64,000 nucleotides of DNA from Cellvibrionaceae bacterium (GTDB lineage: Bacteria > Pseudomonadota > Gammaproteobacteria > Pseudomonadales > Cellvibrionaceae), in the NCBI GenBank assembly GCA_021151695.1, contig JAGKWU010000008.1:215548-279547 (forward strand), in the 5' to 3' direction. Shown in pieces: positions 38,696 to 48,337 of the stretch (position 1 is its first letter; the number at the start of each line of letters is the position of its first letter). A program made the translations under genes and the position numbers. The notes beneath the pieces were generated by a model. It worked only from the letters and a program-made list of their open reading frames with translations. It searched no databases and was not told the DNA's origin.

Positions 38696-39013
38696 CTAGG
38701 TAGATGCGAATTTTAATCCCGCTATGCCGGCAACGATGAGTGCGAGGCTCAGGACGCGCAGGCTGGTGACAGGTTCTTGTAACAGGATCATGCCCAATAT
38801 AGCAGTGCCTACGGCGCCCACGCCTACCCAAATCGCATAGGCTGTACCTACAGGCAAAGACTTAAGGGCAACTCCAAGTAGCCATAGGCTGATAATCATG
38901 GAGGTGACTGTGCCTAGGGTTGGCCAGAGACGAGTAAACCCGTCGGTGTATTTAAGCCCTATCGCCCAGCCAATTTCAAAAATCCCTGCGATAAAGAGAA
39001 TAAACCAGCTCAT
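38696..39013 (-). CDS. sugE: SMR-family guanidinium exporter Gdx/SugE
   Basis: AGIFEIGWAIGLKYTDGFTRL and LPVGTAYAIWVGVG; preceded by a guanidine riboswitch. Confidence 0.93.
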   Translation of the reverse strand: MSWFILFIAGIFEIGWAIGLKYTDGFTRLWPTLGTVTSMIISLWLLGVALKSLPVGTAYAIWVGVGAVGTAILGMILLQEPVTSLRVLSLALIVAGIAGLKFAST

Positions 39014-39033
39014 ATAAACCTCTCATACCAAAT

Positions 39034-39076
39034 GGGGTCGTCCCCGAATGAAATAAGAGCCATGAGGTCGTCCTCA
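39034..39076 (-). ncRNA. Guanidine-II (mini-ykkC) riboswitch
   Basis: Minus strand TGAGG-ACGA-CCTCA, 17-nt linker, GGGG-ACGA-CCCC directly upstream of the sugE RBS; TACACT -10 box at 39091-39096. Confidence 0.92.
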
Positions 39077-39211
39077 GGTCTGGTAAGCAAAGTGTAAACG
39101 TGAATGGATTACAGAAGTGCCTGATGCTGGCAAAGAGCGCTAGCGCAGCAGTCTATTTTATGTGAGTCAGTTTGTGTAGGTGAATTTGGAAGATATAGTG
39201 AGAGAGGATTG

Positions 39212-39242
39212 AAAGCGCCAATCGATTGGATCAATTGGCGCT
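39212..39242 (-). terminator. Probable terminator of the PEP-CTERM gene
   Basis: AGCGCCAAT...ATTGGCGCT stem with a short T tail. Confidence 0.5.
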
Positions 39243-39272
39243 GTCGCGATCGATTAAACGATCCGGGTGGCC

Positions 39273-39896
39273 TTACGCCTTTTTACGCTTGAGGCCCAAG
39301 CCCAACAGGCCCAAACCAAACAACATCAGGGTAGATGGTTCTGGAACAGACACATCTGCAGCACCAATGTGGATGGTGATGGATTCGTTGGTAACCGCGT
39401 CAACAATTTTGTAGTTACCAGCAGTCAAACCCAGGCCAGCCAAAGTACCAGAAGTGCTCCAGGATACATCTGGAATCCACAGGTTGCCTTGCAGGTCTTC
39501 GGTGTTAACGCTGATACCAGGAGTGCGTTTGTCGCCCCAGAACCAGGTAGCAAATTGGGTGCTGCCAGATGTTGTCCAGTTGAAGTAGCTATTGGTAAAC
39601 ATGTTGCCAATCCAAGGGGACAAGTCGGTACCTTGATGGAAGCCGAAGAATGCATTCAGGCCGCCAGTGGTGGTATCACCCATAATGTCTGACTCAGGTA
39701 CACCGTTGGTCTCAATACCAACGCCACCCCACCATGCGGTTGATTGGCTCACCAGGTTTGCTGTGTTCAATGTGCCTGAAGACTGCATGTTTACAGTGCC
39801 GCCTGACTCAGTGAATGAGAAGGTAACACCAGCGTGTGATTGAGCTGCAGTGGCAGCAAGAAGACCAGCGGCAAGAACGCTTGCAAGCTTTTTCAT
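39273..39896 (-). CDS. PEP-CTERM exosortase substrate (surface protein)
   Basis: Signal peptide MKKLASVLAAGLLAATAAQSHA; C-terminal VPEPSTLMLFGLGLLGLGLKRKKA. Confidence 0.93.
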   Translation of the reverse strand: MKKLASVLAAGLLAATAAQSHAGVTFSFTESGGTVNMQSSGTLNTANLVSQSTAWWGGVGIETNGVPESDIMGDTTTGGLNAFFGFHQGTDLSPWIGNMFTNSYFNWTTSGSTQFATWFWGDKRTPGISVNTEDLQGNLWIPDVSWSTSGTLAGLGLTAGNYKIVDAVTNESITIHIGAADVSVPEPSTLMLFGLGLLGLGLKRKKA

Positions 39897-39957
39897 TGTA
39901 ATTAGTTCCTTTTTAAAGAGAGGTAAAAATATAGTTTTTGTAAAGCGTCCAGCAATT

Positions 39958-39973
39958 AGCAACTTTTGTTCCA
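39958..39973 (-). promoter_or_regulatory. Sigma54 (-24/-12) promoter of the PEP-CTERM gene
   Basis: Minus strand TGGAACAAAAGTTGCT (GG-N10-GC). Confidence 0.75.
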
Positions 39974-40038
39974 GCAATTCAGGCATCCAGTGTTTTCAGG
40001 GATATTTGCCGATTGAATCGCAAAATATGGGAAGTCTT

Positions 40039-40055
40039 TGTAAATATTGCCGACA
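40039..40055. promoter_or_regulatory. PEP-CTERM-box-like enhancer site (PrsR-type activator)
   Basis: TGTAAATATTGCCGACA about 65 bp upstream of the sigma54 promoter. Confidence 0.65.
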
Positions 40056-40194
40056 GTTTTTATTGCGACTTCGAATTTAAATACCATAGCCTGGGCTCGG
40101 GCAGCACTTATCATCGTGATAAATACAGTCGTGAGAAAGTTGAAAAAAACGGGAGGGTGATGAAGAAGTGAGGGCAGGAATTAAACGGCGCCTC

Positions 40195-40851
40195 TTAACA
40201 ACCTCGTGTGTATTTTACTTTTAATTTGATATGACAATTGCTGTCGAACAGCTGCTCATTTTTTAGCGTTTGAACCTTGAAGGGTTTTATATCGGGTAGG
40301 GAACCGTCGCAGGCCATGTCGGAATCCTGTTCATCGCGAAAGGAAAGTGTGGTCTCGGTTTCTTCAAGGATAACGATAGATTTTTCTCCGAATACATAAA
40401 TGCCTTCTGTAGGCGTTTTAATCGTGGGGGTTTCCGACAGTTGACTTAAATCTAGCCATGAAGGATCTGGCAACGGATTTCTAGCAAGCAAGCCCCAGTT
40501 GCCGACCGTTTTTTGTAGCGTAAAATCAAAGTAAGGGCCATAACCAAAATCACCATCGAAAACATCTGCATGTAAATCTATTGCGCTGCCCACTTTACTT
40601 TTCCATTTCGCCGAAAGCCCATGTTCGGGGCTGGCGTTGATAATGATTTCGCCAATTATTGGTGATGTCTTTGATGGTCCACTCCGCACCTCCACTGTAG
40701 TTACCATCGGTGTTGTGTGAGTGCTGTCGTTCATCCACTCCAGCATTTTATCGTTGTACAAACCTAACCATTTAATGCTGCCTTGGGTTTGGCAGTTGGC
40801 GGAGGCTTGAAGTGAGATTGTTACCAGGAGAAAAAATAAAGGTAATTTCAT
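40195..40851 (-). CDS. Hypothetical secreted protein
   Basis: Signal peptide MKLPLFFLLVTISLQASA; SH3b-like VEVRSGPSKTSPIIGEI; four Cys. Confidence 0.65.
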   Translation of the reverse strand: MKLPLFFLLVTISLQASANCQTQGSIKWLGLYNDKMLEWMNDSTHTTPMVTTVEVRSGPSKTSPIIGEIIINASPEHGLSAKWKSKVGSAIDLHADVFDGDFGYGPYFDFTLQKTVGNWGLLARNPLPDPSWLDLSQLSETPTIKTPTEGIYVFGEKSIVILEETETTLSFRDEQDSDMACDGSLPDIKPFKVQTLKNEQLFDSNCHIKLKVKYTRGC

Positions 40852-41011
40852 GTTAAGAGATTTGTCAGTTTTTAAGAACAATGGAATCAAAAGTCAGCAC
40901 GTATTTTAAAAATACGATTCGTATATTTTTTTATGATTATTTTCGTTATATATTTTGTGTGAATATAAAAATCGAATTAAAAATATCAGGTTAATAAAAA
41001 TTTATTGGGGT

Positions 41012-41172
41012 GGGAGTCGTCATCCTCGCGTAGCGGGGATCCAGCTTTGAATGTTTGCGAGTTGACAAACAAATCCCTTTTTTTGGGGTGCAGCTATCGT
41101 AAATTAGAATCCATGGATTTAAATATATAAGAGTAAGAGCTGGATCCCCGCTACGCGAGGATGACGACTCCC
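41012..41172. repeat. Inverted REP doublet (REPIN-like): perfect 35-bp inverted repeats with a 91-bp spacer
   Basis: 41012-41046 GGGAGTCGTCATCCTCGCGTAGCGGGGATCCAGCT and its exact reverse complement at 41138-41172; each unit has an internal hairpin. Confidence 0.88.
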
Positions 41173-41219
41173 TGCTAAACCGAATGTATTTTTATAGCTT
41201 GTAGGGAGTATTTATAATG

Positions 41220-41603
41220 TCATTTCCAAAGTAAGTAAGCGCATCCAAGGGCAACGCCTATAAAAATAATTGAAAATACTCCCAAGAACCAAGAAAGTAC
41301 GCCTAGGTCTGGCGCTGCTCTTAAGTCTAGTTCGTCACGGATTTCGAATACCTCCTGTCGTAATACTTTCATTAAGATTGCACCATAGATAAAGATAACG
41401 GATAAGCCAATGCTCATAAAAAGCGGAAGTAAAAGAGCGTACTTAACATCTGGTATTTGGTTCCTTTGAGCAAAATAAAAAGAAAGTATTGCTCCAGTTA
41501 TCGCGTAGTAAAAGGTGTTGAGTTTTATCACCATATCCAAATAGAATTTATATAGCTCTACGTGTTGAGAGTATTGTTTCCATGCCAGATCGTCTCTGTC
41601 CAT
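41220..41603 (-). CDS. Hypothetical small membrane protein (about 3 TM), AT-rich
   Basis: AGGAG RBS; three hydrophobic segments; composition differs from neighbours. Confidence 0.7.
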   Translation of the reverse strand: MDRDDLAWKQYSQHVELYKFYLDMVIKLNTFYYAITGAILSFYFAQRNQIPDVKYALLLPLFMSIGLSVIFIYGAILMKVLRQEVFEIRDELDLRAAPDLGVLSWFLGVFSIIFIGVALGCAYLLWK

Positions 41604-41811
41604 TTATAGCTCCTCATAATATCAAGCCGCGGTAGCTGGAAAGCTGTAGTCCAGCAGCCGCAGGTTTTAATGCACGGACTATAAAGCCAAATTTGCTTTT
41701 TAAAAAGATGACGATGTATTGGTTTAGGAGGGGAATAGCGGAGTGCTATATCCGATGCAGGGGGTAATAATAAAATTTGGGCAGCCCATCCTTGCGCTGC
41801 TTGTCGCTGAA

Positions 41812-42546
41812 TTACTTCACCCCCGTCAACAACCTATCCAGCTCTTTCCTCACCACGCTATAACATTCGCAAACCCTATGCTCAAGTTTGCTGCGGTCGA
41901 GCACGGCTATGTGGCCGCGGCGGTAGCGGATGCAGCCGGCGTTTTGCAAACTGCCAGCAGCTTCGGTGACGCTTTCGCGGCGGACGCCGAGCATGTTGGC
42001 GACGAGTTCTTGTGTCATCACCAATTCGCCGGTGGGGATACGATCAACTGTCATCAATAGCCAGCGACAAAGTTGCTGCTCTACCGAGTGGTGGCGATTG
42101 CAGGCGGCGGTTTGGAACATTTGCGTCATGAGTGCTTGCGTGTAACGCAGCATCATGCGTTGCAAAATATCGCCGCAATTAAATTCGGCTTTGAGAATAC
42201 TGCGTTCCAACCGATAGGCGAAGCCGGCGGTTTGCACGACGGCGGAATTGGGTGTGGTGTTGCCGCCTAAAAATAACGGTACACCTACCATACCTTCGTT
42301 GCCCACGCCGGCTGCTTCGGCGGATGCGCCTGTCTCCATGACATAGTGCAATGAAATAATGGCAGTGGTGGGAAACCAGGCGTATTGCATTTGTTGACCG
42401 GGTTCGTAAATGGATTCACCCAATTTGAGCGCAACCAATTCCAAACGATTGGTGAGGCGATCGATTTCGGGTTTGCTCAACCCCGCGAGCAACCGGTTGT
42501 GTAACGGGCTCTGCGTGGCCTGCAGGGGATGTTGTGGCGCTGGCAT
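41812..42546 (-). CDS. Crp/Fnr family transcriptional regulator
   Basis: cNMP-like beta-roll (GVGNEGMVG), ACNRHHSVEQQLCRWLL, and HTH MTQELVANMLGVRRESVTEAAG. Confidence 0.92.
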   Translation of the reverse strand: MPAPQHPLQATQSPLHNRLLAGLSKPEIDRLTNRLELVALKLGESIYEPGQQMQYAWFPTTAIISLHYVMETGASAEAAGVGNEGMVGVPLFLGGNTTPNSAVVQTAGFAYRLERSILKAEFNCGDILQRMMLRYTQALMTQMFQTAACNRHHSVEQQLCRWLLMTVDRIPTGELVMTQELVANMLGVRRESVTEAAGSLQNAGCIRYRRGHIAVLDRSKLEHRVCECYSVVRKELDRLLTGVK

Positions 42547-42552
42547 AAGCGG

Positions 42553-43425
42553 TTAGCTCGCGCTGTTGCCAGAAAGGGCTGAACTGCCAGGAAGGCTCAT
42601 GTCCTGACACTGGATGCCGATGCCGCGATAACCGATAAAGCGACTCGATTGGTCGAACATGGGCTCGCCACTCACGCGATAGTATTGGCGCTCGCCCTGG
42701 TGATTAACGCGGCTGAAGGCAAAATCAATAAAGGGTTGGCGCGCAGCGATAATATCTTGCAAGCGTCTGCGCGCATTTTCATCCCAACCTGATTCATTGT
42801 CGTCGCTACCCATGAGGCTGGTATCGACGAGCGGGTCCACTTGTATGCCGAGCATTTCCAATACCGGGCCGGATACTTTGGTAAATTTTCCGTTCTGGTC
42901 CTGCTCCCAATACCAATCGGATGCGAGCTCGGTAAGACTGCGAAAACGCGCTTCGCTCTCGCGCAATTCAGCGGTGCGCTCGGCAACGGTCTCCTCCAGA
43001 ATTTTGTTGTAGTTTTCGAGCTTTTTGTACAGCAACCGCACTTCGAGCATATTGTGTATGCGCGTTTTAACTTCGAGCAGATCGAAGGGTTTGCTGATGA
43101 AGTCTTTTGCGCCGGTTTGCAGGGCGCGCAGTTTGTGGCCCGGTTGCGCTGTGAGCACAATCACTGGCAGATAGCTGTCATGCTCGTTGGTTTTGAGCAC
43201 TTCCATTACCGCAAAGCCATCCATCTCGGGCATTTGCAGATCAAGCAAAATCAAATCGTAATAATACTTGCGGTGGAGAGCCGCTACCTCTACCGGGTTC
43301 ATGGTGGAGCTGACATTGGTATAGCCAGCTTCTGCCAATAATTGTTCCAGCAACATCACATTGGGTTGCTGGTCATCCACTATCAGGATGCTCGCATTGA
43401 GTATCTCTTGTTCGGTGAGTTTCAT
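42553..43425 (-). CDS. Response regulator: REC - coiled coil - PAS, with no output domain
   Basis: ILIVDD, LLDLQMPEMDG, ISKPFD; then RFRSLTELASDWYWEQD...GYRGIG. Confidence 0.88.
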   Translation of the reverse strand: MKLTEQEILNASILIVDDQQPNVMLLEQLLAEAGYTNVSSTMNPVEVAALHRKYYYDLILLDLQMPEMDGFAVMEVLKTNEHDSYLPVIVLTAQPGHKLRALQTGAKDFISKPFDLLEVKTRIHNMLEVRLLYKKLENYNKILEETVAERTAELRESEARFRSLTELASDWYWEQDQNGKFTKVSGPVLEMLGIQVDPLVDTSLMGSDDNESGWDENARRRLQDIIAARQPFIDFAFSRVNHQGERQYYRVSGEPMFDQSSRFIGYRGIGIQCQDMSLPGSSALSGNSAS

Positions 43426-46400
43426 AGGATTTTCTCTCCATTAGCACGCAAAGTTTTTCTGGTGGTGAGCTCCAGAGCCTCATCCACGGTTCGCATAAAT
43501 TCGTTAATTTTTATAGGCTTGGTCAGGTAGCGGAAAAAGCCGGCTTCGAGACCTTTATCGATATCCCGCGGAATAGCATTAGCGCTGAGTGCTACCACGG
43601 GAATGTGACTGGTGATGGGATCTTTGGCGAGTATGCGCAGTACTTCTGTGCCGCTCAGCCCGGGCAAATTAATATCCATCAATATCAAATCAGGTTGCGC
43701 AATGCGCGCCAGATCGATACCTGTGTAACCATCGCGTGCACTGATAAGAATAATATCGGGGCGTGAGGCAACTATATCTTCAACCAACATAAGGTTGGCA
43801 GGATTGTCTTCCACATACAGCATGGTGCGTTTGCTGGCGGGCTCCTGCTGGCTGTGCAATGGCAGTCCATCAGCTATGTCGTCGCCACTTATCAGCGCGC
43901 GATTGCTGTCGCTCATATCGAGATCAATCCAGAAGCGGGTGCCTTTGCCAACGCTGCTCTCGACATTGATATGCCCGCCCATTAATTCGATCAGGCGTTT
44001 GGTCATGACCAGACCAATACCTGTGCCTTCTTCGGAGCTGTTTTCTTTGCCGAGTCGATTAAAGGGCTGGAAGAGTTGCGCTATTTTTTCCGGCGGTAAA
44101 CCTTCACCGGTATCTTCTACGCTGATGCGTGCGTGGCCAGGTTGCGGTTGCTCGCAGCGCACAATAATACGACCCTGTTCGCGATTGTATTTCACCGCGT
44201 TGGAGAGCAAATTGATCAGCACTTGTTTCAAACGCGTGTGATCGGCTTTGACAGTAAAGGCGCCATCAAATTGCGGGAAGTCCAGCGTGATGCCGCGTTT
44301 TTGCGCGAGGGGCTCGATCATGGTACGACACTCGCGCACCAGCTCTGGAATCAAAACAGGCTCAATGGAAACAGAAAGCTTGCCGGATTCAATCAGCGTG
44401 AGATCGAGAATCTCGTTAATAAGGTCGAGTAAATACCAGCCCGCTTGCAGTATCTGATCAATGCTGCGTTTTTGCGATGCGGTGGGGGGGGGATTGCCGG
44501 CATCAATAAGCTGCGCAAAACCGAGAATGGCCGACAGTGGCGTGCGCAATTCGTGGCTCATGTTGGACAGGAAATCGGATTTTGCCTGGTTGGCTTTTTC
44601 GGCCAGGTATTTGGCTTTTTTCAATTCAATATTATTTTCGAGCAGTATCTGATCCATGCGTTTGCGTTCGGTAATATCAATCAGCATATTGATGCCGCCA
44701 ATTAATCGTCCTGCGGCATCGTGCAAAGGTGTTGGATACGCCGTGAACCAAAGACGCGTGCCATCGGGACGCTCGGCAATGGCTTCTGCGCCCAATATCT
44801 GCCGGCCTTCGCGCAGGGCAATTGCCATTGGATCGGATTCTGTTGGCAGGGGCGCGCCATCGATATTGAATAATTTCGAGCTAATGCTCCAGCGATCATC
44901 ACCCAGCGCCGGTGTGCGCCCGGCAAATTCCACGGCCGCCTGGTTGTAGTGAGTGAGTTGGCCTTGCGCATCAGTAGTGTAGATGGCAACTGGTAAGGCA
45001 TCGATTACAGTGCGCAGATGACCTTCACTTTCGCGCAGTGTTTCCTCTGTGCGTTTCAGTTCGGTGATATCGAGATTGGTCCCCACCAGTGATTCCACCT
45101 CACCGGCTGTGTTAGTGCGAATGGTTTCCACCGAGCGTATGTAGCGAATTTCATCGCCGCGTTTAATACGGAACTCGCGCGAGCTTTCCTGCTGTGAATG
45201 AATAGCTTCTTGCAGTGCTTCCTGTTGCGCGCGAAGGTCTTCGGGCAATAAGTAAGATGCCCAAGTGTGATAATCGAGGAAGCCATTTAGCGTGGGCTCT
45301 TCACCATAAATACGGAACATCTGGGCATCCCAGCGCACGGTATTGTTTTGCAGGTTCCACTCCCAAATTCCCACGCCTGTGGCTTCAGTGGCCAGGCGTA
45401 CGCGCTCGTCGCTTTCACGCAATGCCTGCTCGGCGTGTTTGCGCTCGGTAATATCAGTAAAGAGAACAATAACCTTGCGGCTTTTTACACCTACTTCCGG
45501 GCAGGCGTAAACATCAAACCAGCGATCGAGCGCTTTTACTTGTTGCACAAACCGTTGGGGTTCCTGGGTTTCGACAACATTACCGTAAATATCAAACCAG
45601 ATGGGATCGAAGCCTGCCACCAGTTCGTTGATGCGACGACCCGTGGCGTTGGCGATGCCGGATTGTTTTTCAAATGAGGGGTTCACTTCGAGGAAACGGT
45701 AATCGCAAGCTTTGCCGTTTTCGTCATAAATCATTTCGATAGTGCAGAAACCTTCGTCAATCGTATTGAACAGGTTGCGATAGCGATCTTCTGATTCGCG
45801 CATCACGGCTTCGGCGTGTTTGCGCGCGGTGATATTGCGCAATACACCGGTGAAATAGCGCTGCCCGCCCAGTGTCATTTCGCTCACAGAAATTTCCATG
45901 GGGAAACTGAAGCCGTCTTTGGTGAGTCCGGTAATTTCGCGAATGACACCATTGGCGTGATCATTCGGCGGAGCATTGTAGTAGTCGAGCGAACCCTTAT
46001 CTTCAATCAGTTCGGGCGCTATGCTACTGAAGCGTTGGCCAATTAATTCAGCGGACGTATAACCAAACATGCGCTCAGCCGCAGCGTTAACGGTTTCAAT
46101 GCGATTGGTGCGCACATCAAAAGTGATAATTGCATCCACTACCGTGCTTAAAATAGTTTGCAGCAGGGCAGTGCTGTCGAGCAGTGCTTGTTGTGCCGCG
46201 TTTTCGGCCGTGACATCGCGAAACACCAATACCGCCCCTATTACTTGTCCATCATGATCGCGAATGGGAGCGCAGCTGTTGGCAATATTCAGGCGATTGC
46301 CATCGCGCATAATCAGGATGGTGTCATTGGAGCCCTGTGCAGCACCGTGTAGCAGGGTTTGCATCACCGGTACGGTCATGGGCTGGCCATTGGTTTTGTT

Positions 46401-47330
46401 TACCATCCGAAAAATATCGGAGATAGGGCAGCTGAGGGCCTCTTCCTGTGTCCAGCCAGTGAGCAATTCCGCCACGCGGTTCATCAGGGTTACACGCGCT
46501 TCTTTATCCGTTGCGATTACCGCGTCGGCAATGGAGTTGAGTGTTACCTCAAGTTTGCGCTCGCTATCTTGTACCGTGACATAGGCGAGATTTAATTGCT
46601 GGTTGAGCGCTTCCTGGGTATCGAGTGAGCGTTTTGTTTCCTGATGAACCAAATCCATCAAGCGTTGATGGATATTGCGATAGATGCCGTAGGCAAATGC
46701 CTGGGCGAACAACAGCATAAAAATGCTGGCGCAAATTAAAAACGCAAACAGCAAATTGAGATTGGTGTGGTAATCCGCATCAAATTTTCGCAGGCGTGAA
46801 TTTTGGACCAGATTGTAGCTGCTAATTTCATTGCGAATCTGATCCATGATCTGCTTGCCCGGGCCTTTGCCCAATGCATTCAAGGTGCGTATCAAATCCT
46901 TGTCGTTTTCACGCAGTGTGTTGATGCCGATGCGCAAGCGCTCCAACTTTTGCTGAATGAGCGGGCCGAGTTTATCGACATGGGCCATGGCGTCGGGTGA
47001 AGTGGTTTTTTCGCGCAGTTCGTGCAAGCTGTTGTTGATGAGCTGCTGTTCCTCGGCCTCGGGGCGCAACATGGATTCGTCGCCGCTGGTGAGTATGTAG
47101 CCGCGGGTGTTGGTTTCGGCATCGGTAACGGCGGCGAGTAAGGTCTGGGCGGCGCTCAGCGCAAGGATAGTTTGGTTGCGCTGCTGGTCCGCAATTTTCA
47201 TGCGATCAAAAAACCAGAAAAGCGTGCCGGCGATCACCAATACCAAAAAGGTGGGTGTAGTAAGCCAAAAAATATTTTTGCGGGTGCTTTTGCTTTTGCT
47301 CACAGCGGCAACCCTCCGCTGGCCCGACAT
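43422..47330 (-). CDS. Hybrid sensor histidine kinase: CHASE3 - five PAS - HisKA - HATPase - REC
   Basis: DAETNTRGYILT (CHASE3) between two TMs; five PAS repeats ending D/NIT or DVT; MSHELRTPL, NLLSNAVKY, GTGIGL, LMDINLP. Confidence 0.93.
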   Translation of the reverse strand: MSGQRRVAAVSKSKSTRKNIFWLTTPTFLVLVIAGTLFWFFDRMKIADQQRNQTILALSAAQTLLAAVTDAETNTRGYILTSGDESMLRPEAEEQQLINNSLHELREKTTSPDAMAHVDKLGPLIQQKLERLRIGINTLRENDKDLIRTLNALGKGPGKQIMDQIRNEISSYNLVQNSRLRKFDADYHTNLNLLFAFLICASIFMLLFAQAFAYGIYRNIHQRLMDLVHQETKRSLDTQEALNQQLNLAYVTVQDSERKLEVTLNSIADAVIATDKEARVTLMNRVAELLTGWTQEEALSCPISDIFRMVNKTNGQPMTVPVMQTLLHGAAQGSNDTILIMRDGNRLNIANSCAPIRDHDGQVIGAVLVFRDVTAENAAQQALLDSTALLQTILSTVVDAIITFDVRTNRIETVNAAAERMFGYTSAELIGQRFSSIAPELIEDKGSLDYYNAPPNDHANGVIREITGLTKDGFSFPMEISVSEMTLGGQRYFTGVLRNITARKHAEAVMRESEDRYRNLFNTIDEGFCTIEMIYDENGKACDYRFLEVNPSFEKQSGIANATGRRINELVAGFDPIWFDIYGNVVETQEPQRFVQQVKALDRWFDVYACPEVGVKSRKVIVLFTDITERKHAEQALRESDERVRLATEATGVGIWEWNLQNNTVRWDAQMFRIYGEEPTLNGFLDYHTWASYLLPEDLRAQQEALQEAIHSQQESSREFRIKRGDEIRYIRSVETIRTNTAGEVESLVGTNLDITELKRTEETLRESEGHLRTVIDALPVAIYTTDAQGQLTHYNQAAVEFAGRTPALGDDRWSISSKLFNIDGAPLPTESDPMAIALREGRQILGAEAIAERPDGTRLWFTAYPTPLHDAAGRLIGGINMLIDITERKRMDQILLENNIELKKAKYLAEKANQAKSDFLSNMSHELRTPLSAILGFAQLIDAGNPPPTASQKRSIDQILQAGWYLLDLINEILDLTLIESGKLSVSIEPVLIPELVRECRTMIEPLAQKRGITLDFPQFDGAFTVKADHTRLKQVLINLLSNAVKYNREQGRIIVRCEQPQPGHARISVEDTGEGLPPEKIAQLFQPFNRLGKENSSEEGTGIGLVMTKRLIELMGGHINVESSVGKGTRFWIDLDMSDSNRALISGDDIADGLPLHSQQEPASKRTMLYVEDNPANLMLVEDIVASRPDIILISARDGYTGIDLARIAQPDLILMDINLPGLSGTEVLRILAKDPITSHIPVVALSANAIPRDIDKGLEAGFFRYLTKPIKINEFMRTVDEALELTTRKTLRANGEKIL

Positions 47331-47687
47331 TTGACGTTCAGGTTGAGGCCACTACCGCTAGCAACGCTGCGGTAAATGGGGTGATGATCAGTCGCGCTTA
47401 ACGCGAGCTGGGCGGCAAAGCGAGATCGCATTTTTTTACCTGTTGTGTGATCAATCAAATTCTCCCGGCCGGGTCGGGCAGGGCCGCCTGTATGCGGCCG
47501 CCCGGGCAGCGGAAGAATTTTGGTTCAGAAGCCGGTTGGGGGTGCTAACCATAACAGCTTTGGCTGATCCAGTTGCAGGCCAGCTGCGCGCGCAAGCGAA
47601 GTGGCCGAATATAAAGCTGATCTTCCGACGCTTCAATTCACTTGTCTGTATGGCAGCCCACATAATCAGGACTTCTTCAAGCCGCCG

Positions 47688-48257
47688 TTAGTAGCGCCAT
47701 GAGTTGGTTGCAGCGTGCAATTTCACCCAATTTGTGTAAGCAGTCAGCCATGACGTCAGCTGATCTTTTTTGCTGGCCACTATGGCCTCGGGCGTGCTTT
47801 CTATGCCTTCGTGTAACTGGAAAAAAGCCTCAGGCTGGGTCAGCGTGGGCATGGCGAGATAAGCAAGTATATTCCGCAAATGCTGCTGTGCCATTGCTGT
47901 GCCGTTACTGCCAATGGATGCGCCCAGCACGCCGGCGGGTTTGCCTGCCCAGGCGCTTTGGCCATAGGGACGCGAGGCGTGGTCCAAGGCATTTTTGAGC
48001 ACGCCGGAAATGGAGCGGTTGTATTCAGGCGTTACAAAGATCACGCCATCGGCGGCTTTGATCTCGCGCTTGAGGCGTTGGGCTGATTCTGCCGGTGCTG
48101 CGTCGTCATCCTGGTTGTAGAGGGGTAAATCGTCGATCTGCAAATAATTGAATGAAAAATCTTTCGGGACCAATTGCTCCAATGCGCCGGCCAGCGCACG
48201 GTTGAGCGATTGGGCACGCAGGCTTCCCACAACCACAGCAATTTTATAGTTGCTCAT
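47688..48257 (-). CDS. NAD(P)H-dependent FMN/quinone reductase (ChrR/YieF family)
   Basis: VVGSLRAQSLN, TPEYNRSISGVLKNALD, WAGKPAG; AGGAG RBS. Confidence 0.9.
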   Translation of the reverse strand: MSNYKIAVVVGSLRAQSLNRALAGALEQLVPKDFSFNYLQIDDLPLYNQDDDAAPAESAQRLKREIKAADGVIFVTPEYNRSISGVLKNALDHASRPYGQSAWAGKPAGVLGASIGSNGTAMAQQHLRNILAYLAMPTLTQPEAFFQLHEGIESTPEAIVASKKDQLTSWLTAYTNWVKLHAATNSWRY

Positions 48258-48337
48258 AGCGAATCTCCTGTCGGCAGTGAAATGTGCGAAAGTATTTGCG
48301 GGGGAGCCCTGCACCTGATCAGGTACAGGGTTTGAAT

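Noticed and set aside
38696..39013. qac-type biocide resistance cassette or integron
   Set aside because: Gdx/SugE sequence with a guanidine riboswitch; no attC site or integrase seen.
41012..41172. Insertion sequence
   Set aside because: Only 161 bp, with no transposase and no target-site duplication; treated as a REP doublet.
47443..47691. 82-aa and 70-aa ORFs between the kinase and FMN reductase genes
   Set aside because: No RBS or recognisable motif; probably intergenic.
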